Shown: positions 19,819 to 29,239 of the stretch, one piece after another | Layout: every line of letters starts with the position of its first letter | Numbering within the stretch: the stretch's first letter is position 1 | DNA from: Deinococcales bacterium | GTDB taxonomy: Bacteria; Deinococcota; Deinococci; Deinococcales; JAAFIG01 | Length of the DNA: 51,935 nt | Reading direction: 5' to 3' | NCBI GenBank assembly: GCA_031414595.1 | Contig: JANNVX010000095.1 | Span: 1-51,935 of the forward strand | Made by a program: the position numbers and the translations under genes | Notes under the pieces: generated by a model | What the model was told of the DNA's origin: nothing | Databases searched by the model: none | The model's input: only the letters and a program-made list of their open reading frames with translations

Positions 19819-22800
19819 CTAATTGCCCGTATTACGGACGGACATTGAATTAGTGCGTGGTAAGAAAACCGATTCGATGTGGGTATACGACAAACTTGCC
19901 AGTGTATAACTCGAGATGGTCACAAAGAGACTTAAAAAAAACCAGTACCAAGGGTTTTCAATCCCTCCGTATTTGAATTCGGAGTTGTGCAGTAAGCGCA
20001 CCAACTCGAGAATTAAGTAATGCCAGATGTAAATACCAAAGGATAGTTTGGCGGTGTAACGACTAAAGCGGTTATCGAGAATTTTTGGTAATCGGACACT
20101 AAAAGCTGCACTGAATAACAAGAGGGCAATTAAGCTGGGGAAAATGGGGAAGGCATAGGGCTGCATTCCGATACTAAAAGCAAATTCTGGAGCGTAACGC
20201 ACCAGCCAAACCCAAAGCGGAATCAGGATAATGGCAATTGTGGCAATCGTATCAAAGATTTTAGCTTTGCCGTTCTGCTCGAATTTTTGCTGTTGCCGCC
20301 AAGCAATTGCCCCAGCGCAAAGCACACCGAGGATGTAATGACTAAACCAGCCCAACGGGTTGTAATTGGGCATCCAGAATTTTGCGCCGCCAATCAGACC
20401 GTATTGCCAACCGCGTTCTTGTTCGTCCGGCACAAGAAAGTTAAGAATTAAAAAATGAAGTCCTAAAGTCAGCAGCAACACCGCCAGCCAGTAGCCAAAA
20501 GCAAGGTTTGGACTGGTGTTAATAGCAGCCATATCAAAAGACTTGGTGATGATTTTAGTGGTACTACTGCTGGTTATTTGTGTTTCACCTCGGGTTAGGG
20601 TGCGGGTGTTTTGCTTAATAACTCGAGTAGTTTGCTTAACAGGTCGGAGGCGGGCAATGGCAAATAAACCAAGCATAAAAAGTGGCATCAGGGCATAACA
20701 AACCACTTCAAAACCAATGCTCCAAAGTGGACCGTTCAGTTCTGTCGGAAAAAAAGTGGTGTAATGAAAAGCACTGCTAAAGCTCAGTCCAGAAAACAAA
20801 CGCAACCACATCTGCTCACCCGGCTCGAGGCTACGAGCCACGATAAAAGTAACGATCAGCGCCACATAAAACCCCGGGGCAATACGGACAAAACGGCGTT
20901 TGGCATACTCGAGTAAATTCGGCATGGCTTTGGCGGCAAAATAGCTTTTCCAGAAAGGGAGGGCTAAAAGCATTCCAGACAAAACAAAAAAAGCACTGAC
21001 CCCATAACCACCGACCATCAAAAAAGATTTTAATTCTAACAACCACTTAGGAATGTTCTCTGGGCTGAGGCGCTGCCCAAGGTGACTCCAAACCACAGCC
21101 AGACACGCCACAGCCCGAACAAAATCTGCACCATCTAAAACATTTTTTGACACAGATTCAGGGACTGATTGCCGCGCCAAGACTCGAGACCACCAATTTC
21201 TTTGGCTTACTTTGGTTAAACCAAAACCTTGTGCCAATTGTGGCGCACAAAAAATTAGTAAAAGCAAACCGGGGATAGAACCAATCGCACTGGCAAGTAA
21301 AAATCCGTTGCTGTTGGCAAGAAAACCCAGAACTTGGGGGATGACTCGAGTCATTTCGCTTCGCAGCATCAGTGTGGCAATATCGAGTTGATTCCATGTG
21401 CCAATAAAGGTCAGGACTGCAATCGTGATTAAAACAGGGGTTAATAGTGGCAGGGCAATTCGGCGATAAATTAAGAAATTGCTTGCCCCATCCACTCGAG
21501 CCGCCTCGACTAAGGATTTAGGAACGGCATGTAAACAAAACTGCCTGACCAAAAAAACCCCAATCGCACTGTAGGTTGCGGGTAGCCAAAGGGTTCTTGG
21601 AGTGTCTATCCAATCCAAAAGTCGCATTTGCATCAGGTGCGGAATGGCACTGGACAGGGCTGGAAAAACCATGGCAATTAAAACCACTAAAAATAACTGG
21701 CGTTTATAGGCAAACTCGAGGACAGCAAAAGCAAATCCAGCTAAACTACTGGTCAGGGCAGCCCCAAAAGCCGCCAGACTCGAGATATAAATGCTATTCC
21801 AGAGGTTGCGCCAGAACATTGGCATGTCGCGTTGTAAGGCATTGTAATTATTACTCAAATCCGAACCAAGGTTAAAGCCAAATCCCGAGCTATTCTGGCT
21901 TGTGCTGGTCAGGTTGCCCCAGAAATCACGCCAGAAGCCACCAACTCCATCACGCTGAGCGCCAAGGCTTAGGTCAAAGTCTTGGCTGGCTTGTGGGTCA
22001 AAACTCGAGTTCCCTTGGGTGGTCTGAAAAAAAAGCGTCAGCAAAGGTAATACACTGAGTAAAACCATAAAAACCATCGCCAGTTTAATCAAAATCACTT
22101 GAACACGCCCTAAATTGAGCGGTGCATGGTCAGACTCGAGACCAGCAGGGCTTTCTAAACCCGTAAAGTTTCGTCCAAAAGCAAGATAGGCAATGCCCAC
22201 CAAGAGCATTAAAACCAATAAGAAGACCCATGTCTGGGCGGCTGCCATCGAAAAATTGCTGTAATGAAAAGCTGTGCCGAAAATAAAACCGGGAACTTTA
22301 CTGTTTTCAAAATCCGAGTAATCGCCGCGCCAAGCGTTCGCCTGTAAACGCTGGACAATACTGATGCTGATTGCTACAAATGCCATTGGGCGCATCATTG
22401 GAAAAGCAATGCTTTTGAGTTGCCGCCAGAAACCCGCCCCATCAAGTTGGGCTGCCTCGAGCATACTGCGTGGTACGCTAGACAACGCCATTAAGTAAAG
22501 CAAGACATTCCAACCAAAACCATTCCAAATTGCCGAAAAAATATCCAAGCCAAAATCTGGAATCTCTATACCAACCAAACCAAGCACATCGTTAAGCGGG
22601 TTTTTGAACAACTCAAAAAAGAAACTCAGACCACTGCTAAGTGCAATTGGCGCAACCAACATTGGCACAAGCAACAATGCCCCAAGCGAACCCAATGCCC
22701 GCCGTAAGACCAAATGCAACCCAAAAGCGGCTGGAATCGCCAAGGCATGTTGCAACACTAGGGCGGGCAGACCCTCGAGCAGAGAGCGCAGCAGCGCTCT

Positions 22801-23031
22801 CCAAAAAGCAGGGTCGGTAAACACAAAACCATAAAAACGCAAGCCCCGAAAGTAAAATTCACCAGTCCCCTGAATCGGGTCCCATAAAAAAACCGAGATG
22901 AAAAAAGTAAAGGCTAAGCTAAAAATGCCAAAGCCAATAAACAAAACAAAAAAAGGCAACACAAACCATGTGCCACTCGAGATACTGACTCGGGCGGCGG
23001 TTTTCTTGGGTTTTGCCAAAGACCCAATCAT
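19819..23031 (-). CDS. Fusion: carbohydrate ABC permease (MalF-like) + permease (MalG-like) + acyltransferase-3 (OafA-like) domain
   Basis: Two EAA loops (MLEAAQLDGAG, LVEAARVDGAS), then LDGADFVRAVACLAVVWSH, GVSAFFVLSG, KRRFVRIAP, GPLWSIGFEVVCY and SFGIYIWHY. TGATG coupling to the upstream esterase. Confidence 0.85.
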   Translation of the reverse strand: MIGSLAKPKKTAARVSISSGTWFVLPFFVLFIGFGIFSLAFTFFISVFLWDPIQGTGEFYFRGLRFYGFVFTDPAFWRALLRSLLEGLPALVLQHALAIPAAFGLHLVLRRALGSLGALLLVPMLVAPIALSSGLSFFFELFKNPLNDVLGLVGIEIPDFGLDIFSAIWNGFGWNVLLYLMALSSVPRSMLEAAQLDGAGFWRQLKSIAFPMMRPMAFVAISISIVQRLQANAWRGDYSDFENSKVPGFIFGTAFHYSNFSMAAAQTWVFLLVLMLLVGIAYLAFGRNFTGLESPAGLESDHAPLNLGRVQVILIKLAMVFMVLLSVLPLLTLFFQTTQGNSSFDPQASQDFDLSLGAQRDGVGGFWRDFWGNLTSTSQNSSGFGFNLGSDLSNNYNALQRDMPMFWRNLWNSIYISSLAAFGAALTSSLAGFAFAVLEFAYKRQLFLVVLIAMVFPALSSAIPHLMQMRLLDWIDTPRTLWLPATYSAIGVFLVRQFCLHAVPKSLVEAARVDGASNFLIYRRIALPLLTPVLITIAVLTFIGTWNQLDIATLMLRSEMTRVIPQVLGFLANSNGFLLASAIGSIPGLLLLIFCAPQLAQGFGLTKVSQRNWWSRVLARQSVPESVSKNVLDGADFVRAVACLAVVWSHLGQRLSPENIPKWLLELKSFLMVGGYGVSAFFVLSGMLLALPFWKSYFAAKAMPNLLEYAKRRFVRIAPGFYVALIVTFIVARSLEPGEQMWLRLFSGLSFSSAFHYTTFFPTELNGPLWSIGFEVVCYALMPLFMLGLFAIARLRPVKQTTRVIKQNTRTLTRGETQITSSSTTKIITKSFDMAAINTSPNLAFGYWLAVLLLTLGLHFLILNFLVPDEQERGWQYGLIGGAKFWMPNYNPLGWFSHYILGVLCAGAIAWRQQQKFEQNGKAKIFDTIATIAIILIPLWVWLVRYAPEFAFSIGMQPYAFPIFPSLIALLLFSAAFSVRLPKILDNRFSRYTAKLSFGIYIWHYLILELVRLLHNSEFKYGGIENPWYWFFLSLFVTISSYTLASLSYTHIESVFLPRTNSMSVRNTGN

Positions 23032-24005
23032 CAGCCAAGCCAACGCGCAAAGAAACGCAATTTCTCGAGTCCTTGAACGCTCTGACCACCTTCATGGTTA
23101 TTGTATGGATAAACCCGAATCTCTTTTTGTCCAGCGTGATGATTGTAAGCGGCGTAAACTGTACTGGGTGGGCAGATGTCGTCCATTAAGCCAACACTGT
23201 AAAGCGCGGGGCTGCTGGTGCGCTTGGCAAAGTTGATGCCATCAAAATAAGACAGGGTTGTAAAAACCTGCTCGAGTTGGTTACGGTGCATTTTTAGATA
23301 CTGGGTGATTTCGCCGTAAGGGTGGGTCGCCACGATTTCGGTGGCTCGGCGGTAATGGCACAAAAATGGGACATCGGGCGCAAGTGCCGCCACTGGCTCG
23401 AGGGCGGCGGCGGCTATCGCAATCCCTCCACCTTGACTACCGCCAGTCACGGCAATGCGTTTTGGGTCTATCATGCTTAGGTTTTTAGCCGTTTCGATGG
23501 CGCGAACCGCATCGCTAAAAACACGGCGGTAATAATAGCGGTCTTGATGGGTGATGCCTTTGGTCATAAAGCCGGGGATATGTCCGTTGCCGGGGTTATC
23601 GTCTATGTCTGGGGTACTGCCTTTACTCCAAACACTGCCTTGCCCTCGAGTGTCCATAATGATATGGGCATAGCCAGCACTGGCATAAAAAAGTGCATCG
23701 TGAGATTCGCCGCGCCCACCGCCATAACCAACAAATTCAACGATAGCTGCGATTTTTTCGGCTCGAATTTTAGGTAAGGTCAGCCATGCTTTAATCGGTT
23801 GCCCATTGTACCCCGAGAAAGTCAAATCAAAACTTTCAACAGTCTGAAATGGGGAATTTATAGGGGCAAGTTCGATGTTCAGGGCATGAATTCGAGTGGC
23901 TGCGAGTGTCTGTTGCCAAAAGACATCAAAATCAGATGGCTCAAGGACTTCTGGGCGGTAGGTCTGTAATTGCTCGAGCGGCAAGTCAAAGAGTGGCATG
24001 GTCAA
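23031..24005 (-). CDS. Acetylxylan esterase / cephalosporin-C deacetylase family (CE7)
   Basis: EPSDFDVFW, RGQ motif, GGSQGG nucleophile elbow, DDICPPST, HEGG. Start may be 23999. Confidence 0.93.
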   Translation of the reverse strand: MTMPLFDLPLEQLQTYRPEVLEPSDFDVFWQQTLAATRIHALNIELAPINSPFQTVESFDLTFSGYNGQPIKAWLTLPKIRAEKIAAIVEFVGYGGGRGESHDALFYASAGYAHIIMDTRGQGSVWSKGSTPDIDDNPGNGHIPGFMTKGITHQDRYYYRRVFSDAVRAIETAKNLSMIDPKRIAVTGGSQGGGIAIAAAALEPVAALAPDVPFLCHYRRATEIVATHPYGEITQYLKMHRNQLEQVFTTLSYFDGINFAKRTSSPALYSVGLMDDICPPSTVYAAYNHHAGQKEIRVYPYNNHEGGQSVQGLEKLRFFARWLG

Positions 24006-26479
24006 TCATCTCCTATAACCAGTTGGGCTTGCAAGTTAAAGACCTTCTGACCGCCTAAAAAACGAAGTTCAAGTTGCTCGGGGATACTTGCTAATTCGAG
24101 GATTTGCGGGTCGTTGGGCATCAAGTCAAGCATGTTGTCCGAAATTTCGTTGGTCTCGAGCCAAACGGCTTTGACGGGTTTATCGGTGCTGATTTTAAGT
24201 TGGTGCTTTCCAATTTGTTCGACTTGAATGTTGGCTTTCGGTAATTCAAATTGTACATAAGGTTCAGGGAAAATACTGTCTCTGGCAATCACTTGATTAT
24301 TTTGCAGTAAGCGCACCGCATAAATCGCTTGTCCTTGGGGCATTGTACCAAGTTCGGTGCTGGCGTTAGCAGCTAAATTCACAGCTCGAGTTTCAAAATG
24401 GATTACTTGCCCCTGCAAGTCAAAAATGTAAATTTCCAAGTCGCACTGCCATGTTTCTAAGTGGTGGTTGCTTGCCCAAATTGCCCCATCTGTCCAAAGG
24501 TTAATGGTGATGGCTTGCAAGGCGCGTTTAACTGTGTAATAAGCCGGTTTATAGCGGTGGCTCGAGTCTATGATTGCCCAACTGCTGACTTGCCAGCAGT
24601 CGTTGAGTTGCCAAACCAATGCACCACCACAAGCTCGATGATGCGGTCTCCCCCATGCCCGTCGCCAAATTCGGTAAGCCGCATTTAAGGCTTCGGACTG
24701 CACAATTTGGGTGGCAAAAACAAAATCTTCTAGTGTTTCTAGGTTTTTCGCAATATCGGCGGCGTATTTATGGAGGCGCATCATCCCTTGGTCGGCTTTC
24801 ATGTGGTGTTCAAAACTGGGGCTGCTTGGACTCCATTGGTTGGCTGGAATCACTTCACGCAGGGTCTCGAGCCGTGGGGCAGCACACATCCCAAATTCAG
24901 ATACAAAACGTCCACCTAAATGCTGATACTCTCGGTATGGGACGGCTGCACTTCCCCAAACATCCCAAGTGTGCCTGTCGCCGATGGTTTGGTCATCTGG
25001 AAACGCCCCAAAAAAAGGGCTGCCCGCTTGGTAATAGGCATCTGGAGCAAATTCCTGCATACAATTTGGCAAAACCTGTTCGTAAATCACTCGAGCGCCA
25101 AAGGTCGCAGTCGCATCTGGGGCAACACTGGCATCGTATAAGCCTTGTCCAAATGCCAAAGGGTAATCTTCGTTATTGCCTGTCCAAATCACAATACTTG
25201 GATGATTCCGCAGGCGCTTAATTTGGTAGCTGGCTTCTTGTTTTACATTCTCTAAAAAAGCTGGATAGGACGGGTAAATCGCGCAACCAAACATAAAATC
25301 TTGCCAGACTAAAATACCCATTTGGTCACAAAGTTGGTAAAAGATTTTATCCTCGTAAATCCCACCGCCCCAAATTCGCAGCATTGTCATATTGGCATTT
25401 TTAGCCGCCTCAATACGGGCGCGGTAACGTTCTGGGGTGACTCGAGCCAGCATCAGGTCGTCTGGAATCCAATTCGCGCCGCTTGTAAACATGGCAATAC
25501 CATTGATTTCAAAGTAAAAACTCGAGCCGCTCTGGTTGGCAATCGGTTCTTGGACGACCCGCACTTGTCGAATCCCAAAGGATTGCTCAGATTGGTCTAC
25601 AATAACCCCATCTTGGAGTAGCACAACCTTGAGGCAGTACAAGGGCTGAGAACCAAGGGTGTGTGGATACCAAAGTTTGGGTTGCAAAACCATAAATTGG
25701 TGTTTAAGTGCGGTTGTGGCTGGCAACCGCGTTTTCTCGAGGGTTATGCCGTTGGGGTCACAAAGGGTCAAGACCACTTCGGCTGTTTCAAATTGCCCGT
25801 TCAATTGCAACAAAATATCCAAGCTACTAATTTCAAAATTTGGCTCAAGGTTGGTTTGCAAAGTCAGATCGGCAATTCGGGTATTGAACTGCTCGAGCCG
25901 AATTTCTTGCCAAATGCCACTGTCGAGCAGTTTTGGACCCCAATCCCAACTGTAATGGTACTGGGCTTTGCGAACATGGACACGGCTGGCATCGCCGTTC
26001 CACAAGGGTTTTGCCCCACCGTTTGCTTCCATTCGCTTTAAGCCTTCAAACCAGGCGCTCTTAAAATGAATCTCGAGGGTATTTTTGGCTTGTAACTGTA
26101 CAGGTATGCGCTGCCCAAGGAACATATTTTGGTTTTCTAAAATCAATTGCCCATTTAGGTAAACACTGGCAAAGGTATCTAAGCCATCAAAACAGAGTTC
26201 TGAATACGTGTAGTTCTGGTTGGCATTAAACTCGAGACGGTATAACCAATCGCGCTCACCCACCCACTGCACCAAATGTTCGTTCTGGTCGTAGTACGGG
26301 TCTGGAATAAGCTGCTGCTCGAGTAAATTCTGGTAAGTGCTACTGGGTACGCGGCAACTGTACCAGCCTTCTGGTGTGGCAAAATCTGCCTCGAGACTAA
26401 GTTTTATTTGACGTTCTTTGAAAAACCAACCATGATTAAGAATCTGTTGTTGACGCAATTTTAGTTGCGGTATGGACAT
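24002..26479 (-). CDS. GH2 beta-mannosidase
   Basis: FDGLDTFA, RKAQYHYSWDWGP, GANWIP, RIWGGGIYE, WTGNNE, RFVSEFG, WQLNDCW. Confidence 0.93.
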   Translation of the reverse strand: MSIPQLKLRQQQILNHGWFFKERQIKLSLEADFATPEGWYSCRVPSSTYQNLLEQQLIPDPYYDQNEHLVQWVGERDWLYRLEFNANQNYTYSELCFDGLDTFASVYLNGQLILENQNMFLGQRIPVQLQAKNTLEIHFKSAWFEGLKRMEANGGAKPLWNGDASRVHVRKAQYHYSWDWGPKLLDSGIWQEIRLEQFNTRIADLTLQTNLEPNFEISSLDILLQLNGQFETAEVVLTLCDPNGITLEKTRLPATTALKHQFMVLQPKLWYPHTLGSQPLYCLKVVLLQDGVIVDQSEQSFGIRQVRVVQEPIANQSGSSFYFEINGIAMFTSGANWIPDDLMLARVTPERYRARIEAAKNANMTMLRIWGGGIYEDKIFYQLCDQMGILVWQDFMFGCAIYPSYPAFLENVKQEASYQIKRLRNHPSIVIWTGNNEDYPLAFGQGLYDASVAPDATATFGARVIYEQVLPNCMQEFAPDAYYQAGSPFFGAFPDDQTIGDRHTWDVWGSAAVPYREYQHLGGRFVSEFGMCAAPRLETLREVIPANQWSPSSPSFEHHMKADQGMMRLHKYAADIAKNLETLEDFVFATQIVQSEALNAAYRIWRRAWGRPHHRACGGALVWQLNDCWQVSSWAIIDSSHRYKPAYYTVKRALQAITINLWTDGAIWASNHHLETWQCDLEIYIFDLQGQVIHFETRAVNLAANASTELGTMPQGQAIYAVRLLQNNQVIARDSIFPEPYVQFELPKANIQVEQIGKHQLKISTDKPVKAVWLETNEISDNMLDLMPNDPQILELASIPEQLELRFLGGQKVFNLQAQLVIGDD

Positions 26480-26490
26480 AACAACCCCTT

Positions 26491-26503
26491 TGTTTAGTAA
26501 AAA
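26491..26503. promoter_or_regulatory. Candidate LacI-family operator TGTTTAGTAAAAA
   Basis: Related copies at 27626-27639 and, inverted, at 27733-27746. Confidence 0.5.
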
Positions 26504-26594
26504 TGTTTGCTCAAATTAGCATGGTTGTGTTATATTTGCAAACCAAGTAGCACTATCAGGCATAAAGACTTGCTGTATCATCTAAAAGGTAGCC

Positions 26595-27611
26595 ATGACT
26601 CAATCGGTATTTTCTCAAACACATCTCACACGCGCCAAAGTCACCATTCGGGAAGTCGCCAGCGCTTCAGGGGTTTCTATCGGGACAGTCTCGAGGGCGC
26701 TTAAAAATCAGGATGGTTTATCCGAAGAAACCCGTCAACAAGTCTTATCGGCTGCTAAAAAACTCGGCTATGACACTGGAAATTTGCGCCAAGCCAAAAT
26801 TCGGCGCATCACTTTTATCACCACCCGCCTGACCGAATTACCTGCCAACCCGTTTTATGGCGTGGTGCTGCACGGGGCAGAAGATGCTTGTCGTGAACAA
26901 GAAATTGCTTTGTCTTACGCGACCCTAAGACCCCATGACCGGGCTTTGGATATTATTCGCCGCCATGAATCAGATGGCTTAATTCTGGCAAATTTTATCG
27001 AAGCCAAACTGCTCGAAAAGATTGCCCACTTAAACCTCCCAATGGTCTTGGTAGACCATTTGGTGGCTGGTTTTGCTTCGGTCAATATGGACAACCAAGA
27101 CGGCGCAAAACAAGCGGTCAGGCACTTACTCGAGCAGGGACGCAAACGGATTGCTTTTTTAGATGGTCCACCACACCACTCAATCGTTCAGCGTGCCAGA
27201 GGTTTTCGCCAAGCCTTATTCGAGGCGCAAGTTCCCGCCGACCCAGACCTCGAGGCGCGTTGTGACTATTTGTCCGAACCTTACGGTGTTCGTACTGCAA
27301 TGAAGCAGTTACTAAGCCTAAATCAGCCTGTAGATGCGGTTTTTTGTTGGAACGACCTCTGTGCTTTGGATGTTTTGCGCTACTGTCAAGAAATCGGGCT
27401 GCGTGTTCCTGAAGACTTGGCAATCGTTGGCTTTGATGACATTGACCTCGCTCAGCACTCGAGTCCTGCCTTATCCACAATTCATGTGGATAAAGAAGCC
27501 TTGGGGCGTAAAGCTGTGGAAATGCTGCTCGAGAAAGACGAAAGTCAGGTGGTCAATCCTGTGCGCTTGGTGGTCCGAGAAAGCAGTCAGACCCTAAAAA
27601 ATGAATTGTAA
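26595..27611 (+). CDS. LacI-family transcriptional regulator
   Basis: TIREVASASGVSIGTVSRAL HTH; VPEDLAIVGFDDI. Confidence 0.95.
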   Translation: MTQSVFSQTHLTRAKVTIREVASASGVSIGTVSRALKNQDGLSEETRQQVLSAAKKLGYDTGNLRQAKIRRITFITTRLTELPANPFYGVVLHGAEDACREQEIALSYATLRPHDRALDIIRRHESDGLILANFIEAKLLEKIAHLNLPMVLVDHLVAGFASVNMDNQDGAKQAVRHLLEQGRKRIAFLDGPPHHSIVQRARGFRQALFEAQVPADPDLEARCDYLSEPYGVRTAMKQLLSLNQPVDAVFCWNDLCALDVLRYCQEIGLRVPEDLAIVGFDDIDLAQHSSPALSTIHVDKEALGRKAVEMLLEKDESQVVNPVRLVVRESSQTLKNEL

Positions 27612-27694
27612 AAGTCGCTTTAGTATGTTTATTAAAATCTAATTTTTGTTAAAACACTGCCTCCAACAGTGTTTTTTTAATTCTATAGCCCCTC

Positions 27695-27746
27695 TTGACA
27701 TCACTCAAAGTCTGCGCTACTATCTGTTTACCGATTTTAGTAAACA
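27695..27746 (+). promoter_or_regulatory. Sigma-70 promoter TTGACA-17-TACTAT with downstream operator-like palindrome
   Basis: -35 at 27695-27700, -10 at 27718-27723, followed by GTTTAC-N8-GTAAAC. Confidence 0.75.
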
Positions 27747-27820
27747 AAGAAATAAACGGTGTAGAGAAATCAAGCATCTCGAGCAACGAGTCTTGCTTTC
27801 TTGAAAAACGAGGAGCATAT

Positions 27821-29170
27821 ATGAACAAGAAGCTGTTGACGGCATTCGGTTTAGGTGCATTGGCGCTCGGAGCAATGTTTGCTTCGGCACAAAGTAGTCG
27901 CACCAAAGTCACTTGGTTCGTGGGGGTGGGAACGGGTGGACAACCCGACCAGATCGAAGCCGAGAAAGCGGCTGTAGCACGCTACAATAAGGGTCAAGAT
28001 AAAATCGAATTGATTCTCGAGATTGTCGAATACAACTCGGCTCGAGATAACCTCTCGGCTCGAATTGCAGCTGGTAATGCGCCAGACATCGTAGGTCCTG
28101 TCGGGACACAAGGCGCAAACTGGTTCAAAGGTCAATTTATTGACATGGATCCTTTGATTGCTAAGTTCAAACCAGACCTTAAGGGTATTGATGACGGACT
28201 CTTAAAGTTCTACAAGGAATCACAAGGCGGCGAAGGTTTGCCTTACGCTGTTTACCCGAGCTTCTTCTTTTACAACAAAGCACTGTTCAAGGAATCTAAG
28301 TTGCCAGACTTGCCAAGCAAAGTTGGCGAGAAATACCGTGGTCGGACTTGGGATTGGAACGAAGTTCGTCGTTTAGGTATGGAACTGACCTTTGATAACA
28401 AAGGCAACAATGCCGCTTCTGCGAATTTTGACTCCAAGAACATCGAAACATATGGTTTTATCAATCAATGGAACTTGGGAATTACCTCGATGGGTACGGC
28501 ATTTAAGCCAGCTAATGTTTTTCAAAATGGCAAAGCCGTAATAGACCCAGAATGGGTTAATGCGATTCGTTACTACCACAATGGCATTTGGAAAGATAAA
28601 TTTATGCCAAGCCAAGCCGCCATGGACACCGATTTGCTCGGACGTGGAAACGCCTTTAACTCTGGCAATGTAGCAATGGCATGGACACACTTGTGGTACA
28701 CCTGCTGCTTAGACCCTGCCGGAACTGGCAAAGTCAAGGATTGGGGCGTGGCGGTCATGCCAAGCTACAAAGGCAAGACTGTTGCTAAACTGCACGCCGA
28801 TACCTTCCGCATCATGAAAGGCAGTAAAGTCAAAGAGGAAGCCTTCCAAGCGATGTGGTGGATTATGAACCAAAAAGACCTTTTGGTTACTTACGGCGCT
28901 TTCCCAGCTGACGAGGACTTGCAAGACGATTACATTGCTGCCGTCAACAAAAAATATGCACCCGTTAAAATCAATTGGAGTGTTGTTAAAGAAATGCTCA
29001 AATACACCGACACCCCAAGCCACGAACAATACTACCCAAACTTTACCAAAGTGGATGACATCTTCGCAAAACTTGCCACCAAAGTCCTGACCCAACCAAC
29101 CCTAAACATCAGCCAAGAAGTCAGCAATACCCAAAAAGAAATCCAACGCGCTTTTGACGAAAAGAAATAA
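27821..29170 (+). CDS. Carbohydrate ABC transporter substrate-binding protein
   Basis: AGGAG RBS, signal peptide, IAAGNAPDIV, LPYAVYPSFFFYNKALF, FNSGNVAM. Confidence 0.92.
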   Translation: MNKKLLTAFGLGALALGAMFASAQSSRTKVTWFVGVGTGGQPDQIEAEKAAVARYNKGQDKIELILEIVEYNSARDNLSARIAAGNAPDIVGPVGTQGANWFKGQFIDMDPLIAKFKPDLKGIDDGLLKFYKESQGGEGLPYAVYPSFFFYNKALFKESKLPDLPSKVGEKYRGRTWDWNEVRRLGMELTFDNKGNNAASANFDSKNIETYGFINQWNLGITSMGTAFKPANVFQNGKAVIDPEWVNAIRYYHNGIWKDKFMPSQAAMDTDLLGRGNAFNSGNVAMAWTHLWYTCCLDPAGTGKVKDWGVAVMPSYKGKTVAKLHADTFRIMKGSKVKEEAFQAMWWIMNQKDLLVTYGAFPADEDLQDDYIAAVNKKYAPVKINWSVVKEMLKYTDTPSHEQYYPNFTKVDDIFAKLATKVLTQPTLNISQEVSNTQKEIQRAFDEKK

Positions 29171-29192
29171 GACCTTCTTCGCTCCTCCTCCG

Positions 29193-29217
29193 CCTCCGCG
29201 CCCTTAAAGCGCGGAGG
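29193..29217 (+). terminator. GC-rich intercistronic hairpin after the binding-protein gene
   Basis: CCTCCGCGC-N7-GCGCGGAGG with no T tract, so more likely mRNA-stabilising than terminating. Confidence 0.55.
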
Positions 29218-29239
29218 TCAGTTCAAAAATAGGATGTGT

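Noticed and set aside
24619-25221. 200-aa plus-strand ORF and the other short overlapping ORFs in the track
   Set aside because: They are antisense or out-of-frame shadows of well-supported genes and show no family motifs.
27695-27820. N-terminal extension of the sugar-binding protein from TTG 27695
   Set aside because: That TTG is part of the -35 box. The RBS and signal peptide support ATG 27821.
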